Shown piece after piece: positions 26,479-40,127 of a stretch of DNA of 64,000 bases. The stretch's first letter is position 1; every line of letters starts with the position of its first letter. Source of the stretch: Octopus vulgaris (taxonomy: Eukaryota); NCBI GenBank assembly GCA_951406725.2, contig OX597842.1, forward strand, positions 31,248,001 to 31,312,000, in the 5' to 3' direction. A program made the position numbers and the translations under genes. The notes beneath the pieces were generated by a model. The model worked only from the letters and a program-made list of their open reading frames with translations, searched no databases and had not been told where the DNA came from.

Positions 26479-26631
26479 GGTTGCATATATGTGTGTGTAC
26501 ATATGAATGGTTAGATTGACCTGATAGAAATAACAACCAAATACCGTAGCTAATTTTATTCACTGTTCTAATAATAAATACAAGCAAAAATATTATTCAT
26601 AAAATAATAATAATAACAACAATAATAATAA

Positions 26632-26840
26632 TCCTTTCTACTAAAGGCACAAGGCCTGACATTTTGGGTGAGGGGACTAGTTGTTTACATTGACCCCCAG
26701 TGTTTCACTGGTACTTAATTTATCGACCCTGAAAGGATGAAATGCAAAGTGGACCTTGGCAGAATTTGAACTCAGCACGTAGCTGCAGATAAAATACCTC
26801 TAAACATTTTGCCCGGCTAACAATTCTGCCAGCTCACCAC
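26632..26840 (-). mobile_element. SINE family C, diverged
   Basis: actggtacttaatttatcgaccctgaaaggatgaaa...gaatttgaactc...gccagctcaccacc. Confidence 0.75.
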
Positions 26841-26864
26841 CGTATTATTAATATTAATAACAAT

Positions 26865-27350
26865 CATCATCATCATCATCATCATTATTTAGCGTCCGCT
26901 TTCCATGCTAGCATGGGTTGGACGGTTCGACTGGGGTCTGGGAAGCCAGAAGGCTGCACCAGGCCCAGTCTGATCTGGCACTGTTTCTATGGCTGGATGC
27001 CCTTCCTAACGCCAACCACTCTGTGAATGTAGTGGGTGCTTTTTATGTGCCACCCGCACAGGTGCCAGACAGAGCTGGCAACGGCCATGATCGGATGGTG
27101 CTTTTTACGTGCCACCGGCAAGGGGACCAGACGAGGCTGGCAATGGCCACGATCGGATGGTGCTTTTTATGTGCCACCGGCATGGGGCCAGGCGAGGCTA
27201 GCAATGGCTACGATCGGATGGTGCTTTTTACGTGTCACCGGCACGGAGGCCAGTCGGGACAGCGCTGGCAGCGGCCATGATTGGATGGTTTGCTTACTTG
27301 TCACCGGCACTGGTATCACAGCTGCAATTTCCATTGATGTTGATCGACTT
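26865..27350 (-). mobile_element. RTE LINE 3' UTR with ~61-bp tandem units
   Basis: Reverse complement of the 6350-6960 type sequence, with a (CAT)n tail. Confidence 0.85.
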
Positions 27351-27649
27351 CGATTTTGCTTCTGCTTTCTGATATCTGATTTTATTTGATTTTGATTTTG
27401 AACAATAATAATAATAATTTGGCAACATATTTTATTCCATAACAGCTACCTCTGAAGAGTGCAGGGTTATGTAATCAGACTGTTACCTAACACTCCGTTG
27501 AACACCCAGTGTGAGACTGATTAGTGAGATTGGTCATAACAGACATATTTTACACTTCAAATAATATATATATATATATATATATATTATGATCCAATCT
27601 GTGAATTAATATGGGATCCTTTGACATGGGTTCATTTGACTAAGTTATC

Positions 27650-27740
27650 TTCAGCCTGATGAGTAGCTAGTGGATTACCCCTAATTAAGGTAATTATTAC
27701 TTAGGAGGTTCTGCTAGCTGTGAAACATATGCAGCCTGGA
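27650..27740 (+). ncRNA. minimal hammerhead ribozyme motif (Penelope-type), degenerate
   Basis: CTGATGA 27656-27662; stem II gtagctagtgga/tctgctagctgt; GAAA 27722-27725; palindromic CATATG; cleavage triplet mutated to GCA. Confidence 0.6.
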
Positions 27741-27830
27741 CTTTACTTACTCTGTTCTCTAAATTTGGAGATATATCTATATATATATATTGTACATATA
27801 TATATGTATATATATGTATATATATATATG

Positions 27831-28119
27831 TGGAGGCGCAATGGCCCAGTGGTTAGGGCAGCAGACTTGCGGTCGTAGGATCGCGGTTTCGATTCCCAGA
27901 CCGGGCGTTGTGAGTGTTTGTTAAGCGAAAACACCTAAAGCTCAACGGGGCTCCAGCAGGGGCTGGTGGCGATCCCTGCTGTACTCTTTCACCACTCTTT
28001 CTTCTGTTGGCCTGCTCGCTTAGCCAGCGGGGTGGCGTCATTTGAAGGCTAAAACAATGCGAAGCGCATTGTGACCAGCGATGTGTAACAAACACCATCT
28101 GATAGCCTGGTCGGTCACG

Positions 28120-28124
<5 letters not shown>
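27831..28124 (+). mobile_element. SINE family B, tail type 2 (RTE-derived)
   Basis: Same head as 23685; tail tgtgaccagcg...ctgatagcctggtcggtcacggtgata resembles the RTE 3' end at 12652-12715. Confidence 0.85.
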
Positions 28125-28153
<29 letters not shown>

Positions 28154-28677
28154 AGCACCCCCCCTCCGTCCAATGGACGGTGCTGAGTTGTCAAACATTT
28201 AAACCAAATTTTCTCAAAACAACTTGTCCGACCGTCCCATAAGCCTCCCCCCTTTGAGAAACACTGATTTAACCTAAATTTGAGACACCAGCAAAAGAAG
28301 AAATATAGATAGACTTTTTTTCTATTCCAAAGAAAAACGATTTTATTCACACAAATATGCAACCAAAGAGTTCAAAGTACCAGTAATGATAAGGCTGTTG
28401 ACTGGGATAACCCAAACATGGTTTAAACAGTAAGATTGGCTGGAAAGAAACGAAATTAAGGCAAAATAATTTCTGACAGACAGAATGGATTTCATATAAC
28501 AGTTGATGTACGTGCATGTACAAATGCACGTTCCCAGGGCTTTATCGATCGCATTCTCACCTGGAATCGATTTTTGTAATTTTTTCAAGACTTATACACG
28601 CCCTGATATCGTCGGTATCTACATATCAAATTTGAGCGCAATCGGATAGAGGATGCCCGAGATCCTAGAAGACACAC

Positions 28678-28707
28678 AGACAGACAGATAGATAGACAGG
28701 TAGATAT

Positions 28708-28783
<76 letters not shown>

Positions 28784-28925
28784 GCAGGCAGGCAGGCAGA
28801 TAGATAGACAGACAGACAGACAGATAGATAGATAGATAGGCAGGCAGGCAGATAGATAGATAGGCAGGTAGGTAGGTGTATGGATGGATGGATGGATAGA
28901 CAGACAAACAGACAGATAGAAAAAT
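28678..28925. repeat. (AGAT/AGAC/AGGC)n array
   Basis: Direct observation. Confidence 0.93.
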
Positions 28926-29154
28926 AGATCGATTGACAGATAGATGATATGCATCTGTACCTGTTCCTCTTCATCCATCTATCTATACCAATCTATCCAT
29001 CCACCCATCTACCCATCCCATTCTCTCTCCCTTTCTTTTTACTTGTCTCTCTGTATCTCTCATGCTCACTCTCTACCTCTCTCCTCCTCTCTCCCTATCG
29101 ATCCTACTCCCCCCCACCACCACCACATCTCTCCATATCTCTCCTCCACCCTGA

Positions 29155-29188
<34 letters not shown>

Positions 29189-29331
29189 CTCCGAATGTTT
29201 GTTCAGTGAAAACACCCTCTGTTCCAGACGACTGGTTTCGGGTGCAACATAGCTGGCCACGCTCCATTGCTTTTATACAGGGTGGCATTACAATATAACC
29301 TGATCCACCCCAGCGTGATCAATGATGCTCG

Positions 29332-29545
29332 TGACGATCACGACGATGATGATGATGATGACGATGATGTTGATGACGATGCTGTTGACGATGATGATGA
29401 TGATGATGTTGACGACGATGACGATGATGATGATGATGACGATGATGATGATGACAATGATGATGATGACGATGATGATGACGATGATGATGATGACAAT
29501 GATGATGATGACGATGATGATGATGATGACGATGACGTTGATGAC
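29332..29545. repeat. (GAT/GAC)n trinucleotide repeat
   Basis: Direct observation. Confidence 0.95.
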
Positions 29546-29895
29546 AGCAATGGAAGTGGAATTGAATATCATTCTGTTTGTTGTTGGATGTGAAGGTGTC
29601 GGGAGGGGGGGAGCGGTTTATATGGTGGGGGGGAGTTATTAGGTAAGAAAGGGCTGGGGGTGGGGAGAGGGTAGGTGTGTGTGTCGATGATGATGCCGAC
29701 GACAGGGAGGGGGCAGTGATGATGACAAAGGAGAGGGGGGATGTTGATAGTGGTGATGACAATGATAGTGATAATGGTGGTGATGATGATGGGCTGATGT
29801 TAGTGATGCTGATGAGGATGGCGATAAGGGTGAAGACAACAACAACAACAACAACAATAACAGCAAAGAACCGTACACCTCTCTCTGTTTATGTA

Positions 29896-29952
<57 letters not shown>

Positions 29953-29956
29953 GCAC

Positions 29957-29988
<32 letters not shown>

Positions 29989-29989
29989 A

Positions 29990-30029
<40 letters not shown>

Positions 30030-30114
30030 TATATGTGTGTATATATATATATATATATACACATATATATATATATATATACACACATATATATATATAT
30101 GTGTGTGTATATAT

Positions 30115-30485
30115 AGGCATGACTGTGGTAAGAAGCTTGCTTACCAACCACAAGGTTCTGGGTTCAGTCCCACTGCATGGCACCTTGGGCCAACGAAAGC
30201 CTTGTGAGTGGATTTGGTAGACGGAAACTGAAAGAAGCCTGTCTTGTGTGTGTGCATATATATATGTGTGTGTATATATCTACATGTGTGTGTCTGTATT
30301 TGTCCTCCACCATTGCTTGATAACTGGTGTTGGTGTGTTTACATCCCAATAAAGTAGCACTTTGGCAAGAGAGACTGCTAGGATTAGTACCAGGCTTAGT
30401 AAAAGAAATCAGGACTTGGGGGTCAATTCATTGAACTAAAAAAACAAAAATGTCCAAGTCAGTGCTGCAGCATGGCCCCGGCCTA
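30115..30485 (+). mobile_element. SINE family A, diverged
   Basis: Head and degenerate tail recognisable. Confidence 0.75.
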
Positions 30486-30711
30486 ATGATAAGATGTATG
30501 TATGGATAGATTACATTCTGTTCTGAAGGTTTTAATCAACAAATTGTAAGACACCCCACGCCCAGCCCCTCCACCTCCACACTCCTCCATTGGCCTATTA
30601 TACCAGTCATATACTGGGCCTCATATGATTAAGCAAGTCTTTCTTTCTCCTGATTATCAGGCCTTAAAAGCCTATATTAGGATTCATTTCAGCACCATCG
30701 TTGGCATTGTC

Positions 30712-31260
30712 AATACCACCATCGCCACCACCACTACCATCACCACTACCACCATCATCACTACCACCATCACAACCACCACCATCATCACTACAACCAC
30801 CATTGTCACCACCACCACTACCACTATAACCACCACCATCACAACCACCACCATCACCGCCATCACCACCACCACCATCACCACCACCATCACAACCACC
30901 ATTGTCACCACCACCACTACGATCACCACCACCACCATCACAACCAGCATTGTCACCACCACCACTACCACTATAACCACCACCATCACAACCACCATTG
31001 TCACCACCACCACTACCGCCATCACAACCACAACCATCACAATCACCACCACCACCATCATCACTACAACCACCATCGTCACCACCACCACCGCCATCAC
31101 CACCACCACTATCACAACCACCCCCACTACTGCCATCACCACCACCACCACCACTACCGCCATCACTACCACCACAATCACTATCACCACCACCATCATC
31201 ACCACCATCATCATCATTATTATTACTATCATCATCAAAATCCTCCTCCTCCTCCTCATC
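30712..31260. repeat. (ACC/ATC)n trinucleotide repeat
   Basis: Direct observation. Confidence 0.95.
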
Positions 31261-32493
31261 TCCATCGCTCTCCATTCTCTCGCTGCTGTACTTCTACCAA
31301 TATTGAATTGCTTCTGGATATCCAGTTACGTTCCCAACAACCTTTAAGGTATCAAAAAAAAAACCCCTTTTTTTCCCCCCCTCTTCTGTGATTCCTGCTG
31401 TGTTGAACAAACAGACGTTCTTCAGAATCAGGAAATTCCACTCTCAGCAACCGACATCTTCATCCAACCATGCCATCTCTTCGCAACTGTTCCTCAAACG
31501 TCTCTTACAACTGGGGATAATAAACGGTAACCCTACCTCACTCGCAGACTCTTTGAAGTTTCAGATTCTAAATCCTGACGCTTCGGTGTTCTCTTACGTT
31601 CTGGCGAGCAGGAAGAAGGGTTACGCAACGCAGGACATTTCCTCTGCTTCTTTAAATTCAAGATCGAATTCTGAGCGAGGTTGACTTTGCTGGTAAATTA
31701 TACAGGCGTAGGAGGGGCTGTGTGGTAAGTAGCTTGCTTACCAGCCTCATGGCTCCGGGTTCATTCCCACTGCATGGCACCTTGGGCAAGAGTCTTCTAC
31801 TATAATAAGCTCCATTCAAGCATGGATCAATGCCAATGCCATGTGACTGGCTCCCTGTGCTGGTGGCACATAAAAGCACCATCAGTACATGGTCGATGCC
31901 AGTGCCGCCAGACTGGCTCCCGTGCCGCCTGACTGGCTCCTGTGCCGGTGTGTTGTTTTGCATTTATAATAAAATAAATATATACAAATTATAATTTAAA
32001 GAAAACAGAAAATGGAGAAGAACTGATGAACAACAATTGACTTACATCAATTATTATTTATTAATTCAATGCAAATAAACTGCATCCCGTCTAACAGCTG
32101 TTTCTGCTTCCAGTGTTGGATGGTATTGTCATTGATATGTAAAAAAAATTTTTTTTTTTTTTCTAGTTTCAGCTCAGAGCTGCGGCCATGCTGATGCACC
32201 ACTGTAAATCCTATTTGGTAATAAAACCGATCTGGAACAAGGAGCCTCATGATGAAGCTCCTTGTTTTTGAATATGCATGCCCGTGGTTAAATACAAATA
32301 AAATACCATTAATGTGATGGATACTTCTATCCCTTAGACGATTATTTCAACCTCCAAAGCTATCCTTTCATATACAAATTATAAAAATAATAAAAAATAT
32401 ATATATATATACAGTACAGCACTGTTTCTACTTCATGGGGTTTCACCTATCGTGAGGGGTTTTGGAACGTAACACCCACAATGGTCAAGGGAT

Positions 32494-33578
<1,085 letters not shown>

Positions 33579-33636
33579 ATCATCATCATCATCATCATTA
33601 TTATTATTTTTTTTTCTATTCTTCGCCTTCACCCTT

Positions 33637-33669
<33 letters not shown>

Positions 33670-34101
33670 GAATGACCTTTTAATATTAAGCTCTGAGTTC
33701 TGAATGCTGCTGTCTCCATCCTCTGGATTATTAGAATCACTCAGACAACACCATTCGCCAATCTCTACAGGAACACAATACAGACGGAGAGGAGGAGAAG
33801 AAGGAGAGACGGACGAAGAGAGAGAGGGAGAGCAAGTGAGGTAGGATTATAGATTTCCATACAGTTTTAATAACGTTGACATGCTCTTGTCACATGGACA
33901 ACAGGTGTGTGTGTGTGTATATATATGTGTATATATATATGTATATATATATATATATATATAGAAATGTGTCCCTTTCTTTTGTCGTTTATTTAATTAG
34001 AATGTCTAAGTCTGGAGTGGAGGTCACCACTGAAGTCTCCCCTCCTCACTACCACCACACTGGGACCTATACATATATATATATATATGTATGTATGTAT
34101 A

Positions 34102-34256
34102 TGTGGCTGTGTGGTAAGAAGCTTGCTTCCCAATCAGGTGGTTCTGGGTTCAGTCCCACTGCGTGGCACCTTGGGCAAGTGTCTTCTGCTATAGCCCTGG
34201 GCCAACCAAAACCTTGTGAATGGATTTCAAAGATGGAAACTGAAAGAAGCCTGTTG
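34102..34256 (+). mobile_element. SINE family A head, diverged
   Basis: gtggctgtgtggtaag...gggttcagtcccactgcgtggcaccttgggcaag. Confidence 0.8.
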
Positions 34257-34269
34257 TCTATATGTTTTC

Positions 34270-34500
34270 TAGTCTTTTCTGTGTTTCATTCAGTTTCACT
34301 GCGACCATGCTGGAGCACCACATTAAAGAGGTTTTAGCCAAAGAAATTGACCCTAGGACATATTCTTTGTAAACCTAGCACTTATTTTATCAGTTTCATT
34401 TGCTGAACCACTAAGTTAAGTTCCAGGAACATAAACACATCAACTCAGTTATCAAGTGATGGTGGGGTGTGGGACTAACACAGACACAAAGACACACACA
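34270..34500 (-). mobile_element. SINE family A 3' half, diverged
   Basis: ccatgctggagcacca...ttattttatcagtttcatttgctgaaccactaag. Confidence 0.7.
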
Positions 34501-34536
34501 CAAATACATACACATACATATATATATATATATATA

Positions 34537-34597
34537 CCCTTTTACTCTTTTACTTGTTTCAGTCAGTTGACTGCAGCCATGCTGGAGCACCACCTTT
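34537..34597 (-). mobile_element. SINE A/LINE 3' tail module fused to U6
   Basis: Minus strand aaaggtggtgctccagcatggctgcagtcaactgactgaaacaagtaaaagagtaaaag directly follows the U6 3' T-run. Confidence 0.88.
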
Positions 34598-34705
34598 AAA
34601 AAAATATGGAACGCTTCACGAATTTGCGTGTCATCCTTGCGCAAGGGCCATGCTAATCTTCTCTGTGTATCGTTCCAATTTTAGTATAAGTATTGCCGAA
34701 GCAAT

Positions 34706-34707
<2 letters not shown>
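34598..34707 (-). pseudogene. U6: U6 snRNA retropseudogene, full length
   Basis: Minus strand atattgcttcggcaatacttatactaaaattggaacgatacacagagaagattagcatggcccttgcgcaaggatgacacgcaaattcgtgaagcgttccatattttttt matches canonical metazoan U6 (5' UUCG hairpin, ACAGAGA box, AGC triad). It has a 2-nt insertion before ACAGAGA, and upstream is only (TA)n and another TE. Confidence 0.95.
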
Positions 34708-34734
<27 letters not shown>

Positions 34735-34736
<2 letters not shown>

Positions 34737-35012
34737 GCCATAGCCAGTACCGCATCGACTGGCCTCCGTGCTGTGGGCACATAACAAACACCATCCGATC
34801 GTGGCCGTTCGCCAGCCTCGTCTGGCGCCTGTGTCGGTGGCACATAAAAAGCACCCACTACACTCACAGAGTGGTTGGCGTTAGGAAGGGCATCCAGCTG
34901 TAGAAACACTGCCAGATCCGACTGGCCTGGTGCAGCCTTCGGGCTCCCCAGACCCCAGTTGAACCATCCAACCCATGCTAGCATGGAAAGCGGACGTTAA
35001 ATGATGATGATG

Positions 35013-35043
<31 letters not shown>

Positions 35044-35480
35044 GACGGCCTGCTGTGCTAACCTTGGATCGTAGAGTGACCCGTTGTTCTTGAGGAGACC
35101 TACTGAGTCAAGTACATCAACATCAAAATAAAAATTCAAATGGAAATTGTAGTTAAGACACCCGTGCCGGTGACACGTAAAAAGCTCCGTCCGAACGTGG
35201 CAGATGCCAGTGCCGCCTGCATGGCGTCTGTGTCGGTGACACATAAAAGCACCAACCGTTAGTGGCCATTTGCCAGCCTGCTCTGGCCCCTGTGCTGGTG
35301 GCACATAAAAAGCACCCATTATACTCATGGAGTGGTTGGTGTTAGGAAGGGCATCCAGCTGTAGAAACATTGCCAGATCAGACTGGAGCCTGTTGCAGCC
35401 TCCTGGCTTCCCAGAACCCGGTTGAACCGTCCAACCCATGCTAACATGGAAAACAGACGTTAAATGATGATGATGATGAT
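34735..35480 (+). mobile_element. two tandem RTE LINE 3' UTR fragments with (GAT)n tails
   Basis: 34735-35013 and ~35040-35480 both end in ccaacccatgcta.catggaaa...cgttaaatgatgatg. Confidence 0.85.
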
Positions 35481-35693
35481 TGTTGTATTTTGGAATGGTC
35501 ATTTTTTTTTTTTGCCAAATAAACATACCCACTATATATATTTTTTCTTCACTTGTTTATTACTGTTCTTACTTTTTTTTTTTGTTTTAACTCATGTCAA
35601 TTCTCTGGAAATCTTTCGTCACACACCTGTGACCTCTTCAGCGACACTTTTCGTTTATTCTCTTGCTCTTCATATTCCATTCTGTTCTTCTAA

Positions 35694-36125
35694 GTGTCGC
35701 TGGAGAGGACACAGATGTGTGACGATGCCTGCTCAGAGGCCTACACAGAGTTGCAGAAAGTGTATGGAGAGGAGTGTATGAGCTGCACACAAGTGTATAA
35801 ATGGTTCAGACGTTTCCAAGATGACCGCAAAAATGTCGATCTTGACAAATGTTCTGGGAGACCTGAACCCAGCAGAACTGAGAGGAACATCGCAGATGTG
35901 TGTGCAGTTGTGAGGGGAAATCATCGAATCCCCATCCGTGAGTTTTCAGAGGACGTGCAGATTAGTTACGGTTCAGTTCAGTCCATTATCACAGAAGATT
36001 TGGGTAAGAGATGCGAGTCTGCCAAGTTTGTTCTGAAACTGCTTTCAACTGACCAAAAACACATTCAGGTTTCAGTGGCACAAAATCTCCTTGATTTTGT
36101 AAAGAACAATGAAAACTTTGTGTAG
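35694..36125 (+). mobile_element. mariner transposase N-terminal (HTH) remnant
   Basis: LQKVYGEECMSCTQVYKWFRRFQDDR...SGRP...IREFSEDVQISYGSVQSIITEDLGKR..SAKFVLKLLSTDQK; no catalytic domain follows. Confidence 0.9.
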
Positions 36126-36687
36126 CCCTCTGAGCAGGTATCACAAGGCTTTTGGCAAAATTTGATGCAGATTCTCTGCTCAACTTTTTCTATCCAGTTC
36201 AATGCGATGATCACACGCTACACACCTTCCTTCCAAGCACTGCTGGAAACAGCAGAAGTGAGCAAGAACACTAATATTTAGGATGCATGCCCAACAGAGA
36301 CAAAGGTCAATCTGTACTATGGCAACAGTCCGGATATTTATTGATCAGATCCCCTATATAGGGACTAATCTGTGAGGAAGAGCAGAGTGGAGAATGAAAA
36401 CAACCAAAGCCAAATGGAATGCACTGAGTAAATGTCTGAGTGTGGATATATACACACATATATACACACATGCATGCACACAAGTATACAAGGATCTGAC
36501 AGAGTTATTGTATAACATATACAGTATACGCATTAGCATCAATATCTATATATGTGGATATATACCGAAAGATGCAGCCATATTAATGATTCTATATAAT
36601 TTATATATACACACAGATGTATATAAAAGGCAGTATTAACACTACTATATTCTGTACATATATATATAGCTATATCTTGATTTTTTT

Positions 36688-36726
<39 letters not shown>

Positions 36727-36773
36727 TTTATATAGTTATAGATATATATATATATATATATATGTAGTTATAG

Positions 36774-36824
<51 letters not shown>

Positions 36825-36864
36825 CATGTGTGTGAGTGTACATATATCTATATACATATATACG

Positions 36865-36895
<31 letters not shown>

Positions 36896-36916
36896 GATAA
36901 AAATATATACGCACAC

Positions 36917-36958
<42 letters not shown>

Positions 36959-37450
36959 GTGTATATACATGCATTCACAATACCATAATATACATTCTTT
37001 GACATTTCTCATATTGATGTTCTTCTTAAAAGCCTGCTGGACATTCTCTCTCACTCTCACTCTCTCTCTCCCTCCCTTCCTCTCTCCCCCTCTCTCTTGT
37101 CTTCCTCTCTCCCTACCCTTCTTTTCCTTCCCCACACCCCCTCTCCCTCCCTCTCTTTCCATAGATTTTTGCCTGATTTTACCATTTTTACCATTTACCG
37201 TTCCTTGTCAGCCGAAGAACGCCAGCGACACCTCTTCCTTAACACACACACACCCTCCCTCCCTCTCTCTACCCTTCCTCTCCCGCCACCCTCCACACCA
37301 CATTATATCGATCTTGCCATACCCCCTCCCCCTCCCCTCATCCTCTCCCTTCTTCACTTTCATTTCTCACACAACACACGCTTTTATCACATTCACACAC
37401 ACACTCACACGTATGTGTGTGTTTATGCAAGAGTATGTTGTGTACACACC

Positions 37451-37482
<32 letters not shown>

Positions 37483-37827
37483 CCGATACAGATCCACATA
37501 TTTACATATACACACACATACATATATATGCACACACATATACATACTTAGGGTCACATTTAAAAAACGTGTGTATGTGTGTGTATGAATTAAATCTGTA
37601 TGTAATATATGTGAATATTTGTGTGTGTATATATGTATATATATATATATATATGGGTAAATGCGTGTATATATGTGTGTAAATATGGTATGTGTGTATA
37701 TATATATGTGTGTGTGTATATATATATATATTGGTAAATGCGTGTATATATGTGTGTAAATGTGGTATGTGTGTATATATATAAATATATACGTGTGTGT
37801 GTGTGTGTATATATGTGTTTAAATATG

Positions 37828-37859
<32 letters not shown>

Positions 37860-38349
37860 TAATGTGTCTGTATGTATATATGTGTTTAAATATGATATGT
37901 GTGAAAATATGGTATGTGTGTATATATATAAATATATATATATGTATGTATGTATGTATATATGTATATACGTGTGTGTGTGTGCTTGTCTATATATATT
38001 TATGCAAAGGAGAGAAAGAATTGGATGAGTAGCCAGAATGCCAGTTGGATAGGTGGATATATTGGTAGAGAGAATGGTGAGCTATCTATCTGTCTAGGAA
38101 GCTTGAGAAATAAATATAAATCCTGGATTTACTTGTTTTGGCAAACATGGTGAAACCATTATACAATACCAGACAAATAGATACCGAGAATGAATGCACG
38201 TGACATTAAAAATGATGAGTCCAACAAAAGGCGTTTGTTTCACTCCGTATTTTCTCAAAGACTTTCACAATCAGAAAAGAAGAAAAGTACCTCTTGTTGC
38301 TTTTATTATTTTGATATCATATTTGCTTACATAGCAAAACGTATGCTTG

Positions 38350-38351
<2 letters not shown>

Positions 38352-38417
<66 letters not shown>

Positions 38418-38453
38418 CACACACGCACACACACACACACGCGCACACACACA
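38352..38453. repeat. (CA)n microsatellite
   Basis: Direct observation. Confidence 0.95.
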
Positions 38454-38590
38454 GGTTTTAGAGAAGCAGTTAAAATTTCTGTCGTATACCAGGCAAATTT
38501 TTTGTTGAGACTAGATATTATCATTGTTTCCAAGGCAACAGATCTAGCAAGCCCCATCATCATTTCCTGCTATCTCTGCTATACGTACAT

Positions 38591-39000
38591 AGGTGCAGGA
38601 GTGGCTGTGTGGTAAGTAGCTTGCTAACCAACCACATGGTTCCGGGTTCAGTCCCACTGCGTGGCATCTTGGGCAAGTGTCTTCTGCTATAGCCCCGGGC
38701 CGACCAAAGCCTTGTGAGTGGATTTGGTAGACGGAAACTGAAAGAAGCCCGTCGTATATATGTATATATATATATATAGATGTGTGTGTGTGTGTGTGTG
38801 TGTGTTTGTCCCCTAGCATTGCTTGACAACCGATGCTGATGTGTTTATGTCCCTGTCACTTAGCGGTTCGGCAAAAGAGACCGATAGAATAAGTACTGGG
38901 CTTACAAAGAATAAGTCCCGGGGTCGATTTGCTCGACTAAAAGGCGGTGCTCCAGCATGGCCGCAGTCAAATGACTGAAACAAGCAAAAGAGTAAAAGAG
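38591..39000 (+). mobile_element. SINE family A, full length, young
   Basis: Near-consensus head and tail. Confidence 0.93.
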
Positions 39001-39099
39001 ATACATTCAAACATACATGATGGATTTTTTCTCAAAGCATGACCATCACTGTCAGGAGAGTCAGCCATGTCCTTGCAAGGGTTTGAAAGCGAGTGTGGG

Positions 39100-39625
39100 T
39101 CACAGCCCCACAACGACTTTCACTAGCAATATCAAGAAACCCAGAGGTAATGCTGCCCTGGGTCAAGAGGGTGGCTGCTGGAACACCTTGCGTCTGGCAA
39201 CAGGACTCTGCATTATACCACACAAGCAGGAGAACCCAGTCATGGCTGTCAGACAATTTCTGCAACCACGTCACCCCTAAAATCTGGTCACCTAACTCCC
39301 CAGACTGCAACACCCTTGATTATTACGTGTGGGGCACAGTTGAGCAAGAGACCAACAAGACTCCTTGTAACACCAAATATGAATTGAAGGCAAGGATTAT
39401 GGCAGCATTCAGTTAAACAAGGAAACCATCCAGAAGAGTTGCAGGAGATTCCAAACTTTTCTAGAAACTGTGATTGAAGCTAAAGGTTATTCTATTGAAT
39501 AAATTTATTCTTTAGTATTTCAAGATATTTTTATGTAATTTTGGTAAATATATCTGTTAAAATGAGATGTCTGTGTTATTTCCATTTTTGTGTAATTTAG
39601 ATGACAATATATTCACCGCACCCTG
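39100..39625 (+). mobile_element. Tc1/mariner DD37D (maT-type) transposase 3' remnant with right end
   Basis: WQQDSALYHTSRRTQSWL...WSPNSPDCNTLDYYVW has 37 residues between the second and third Asp; terminus caccgcaccctg followed by TA. Confidence 0.88.
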
Positions 39626-39629
39626 TATG

Positions 39630-39674
<45 letters not shown>

Positions 39675-39676
<2 letters not shown>

Positions 39677-39863
39677 CTCTCTTTTACTCTTTTACTTGTT
39701 TCAGTCATTTGACTGCGGCCAAGCTGGAGCACCGCCTTTAGTCGAGCAACTTGACCCCGGGACTTATTCTTTGTAAGCCCATTACTTATTCTATCAGTCT
39801 CTTTTGCCGAACCGCTAAGTGACGGGGATGTAAACACACCAGCATCGGTTGTCAAGCAATGCT

Positions 39864-39940
<77 letters not shown>

Positions 39941-40114
39941 CACATATATACGACAGGCTTCTTTCAGTTTTCATCTACCAAATCCACTCACAAGGCATTG
40001 GTCGGCCCGGGGCTATAGCAGAAGACAGTTGCCTAAGGTGTCACGCAGTGGGACTGAACCCGGAACCATGTGGTTGTTTAGCAAGCTACTTACCACACAG
40101 CCACTCCTGCGCCT
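39675..40114 (-). mobile_element. SINE family A, full length
   Basis: Reverse-complement head and tail. Confidence 0.92.
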
Positions 40115-40127
40115 AATATATATATAT

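Noticed and set aside
30625-31347. Mucin-like poly-Thr ORF (also 49930-50796, 63268-63750) and poly-Asp ORFs (24554-25027, 29267-29593)
   Set aside because: Trinucleotide microsatellites open in most frames; no signal peptide, domain or splice support.
34598-34707. Functional U6 gene
   Set aside because: The upstream flank is (TA)n plus a LINE fragment, there is a 2-nt insertion, and the 3' end is fused to a retroelement tail.
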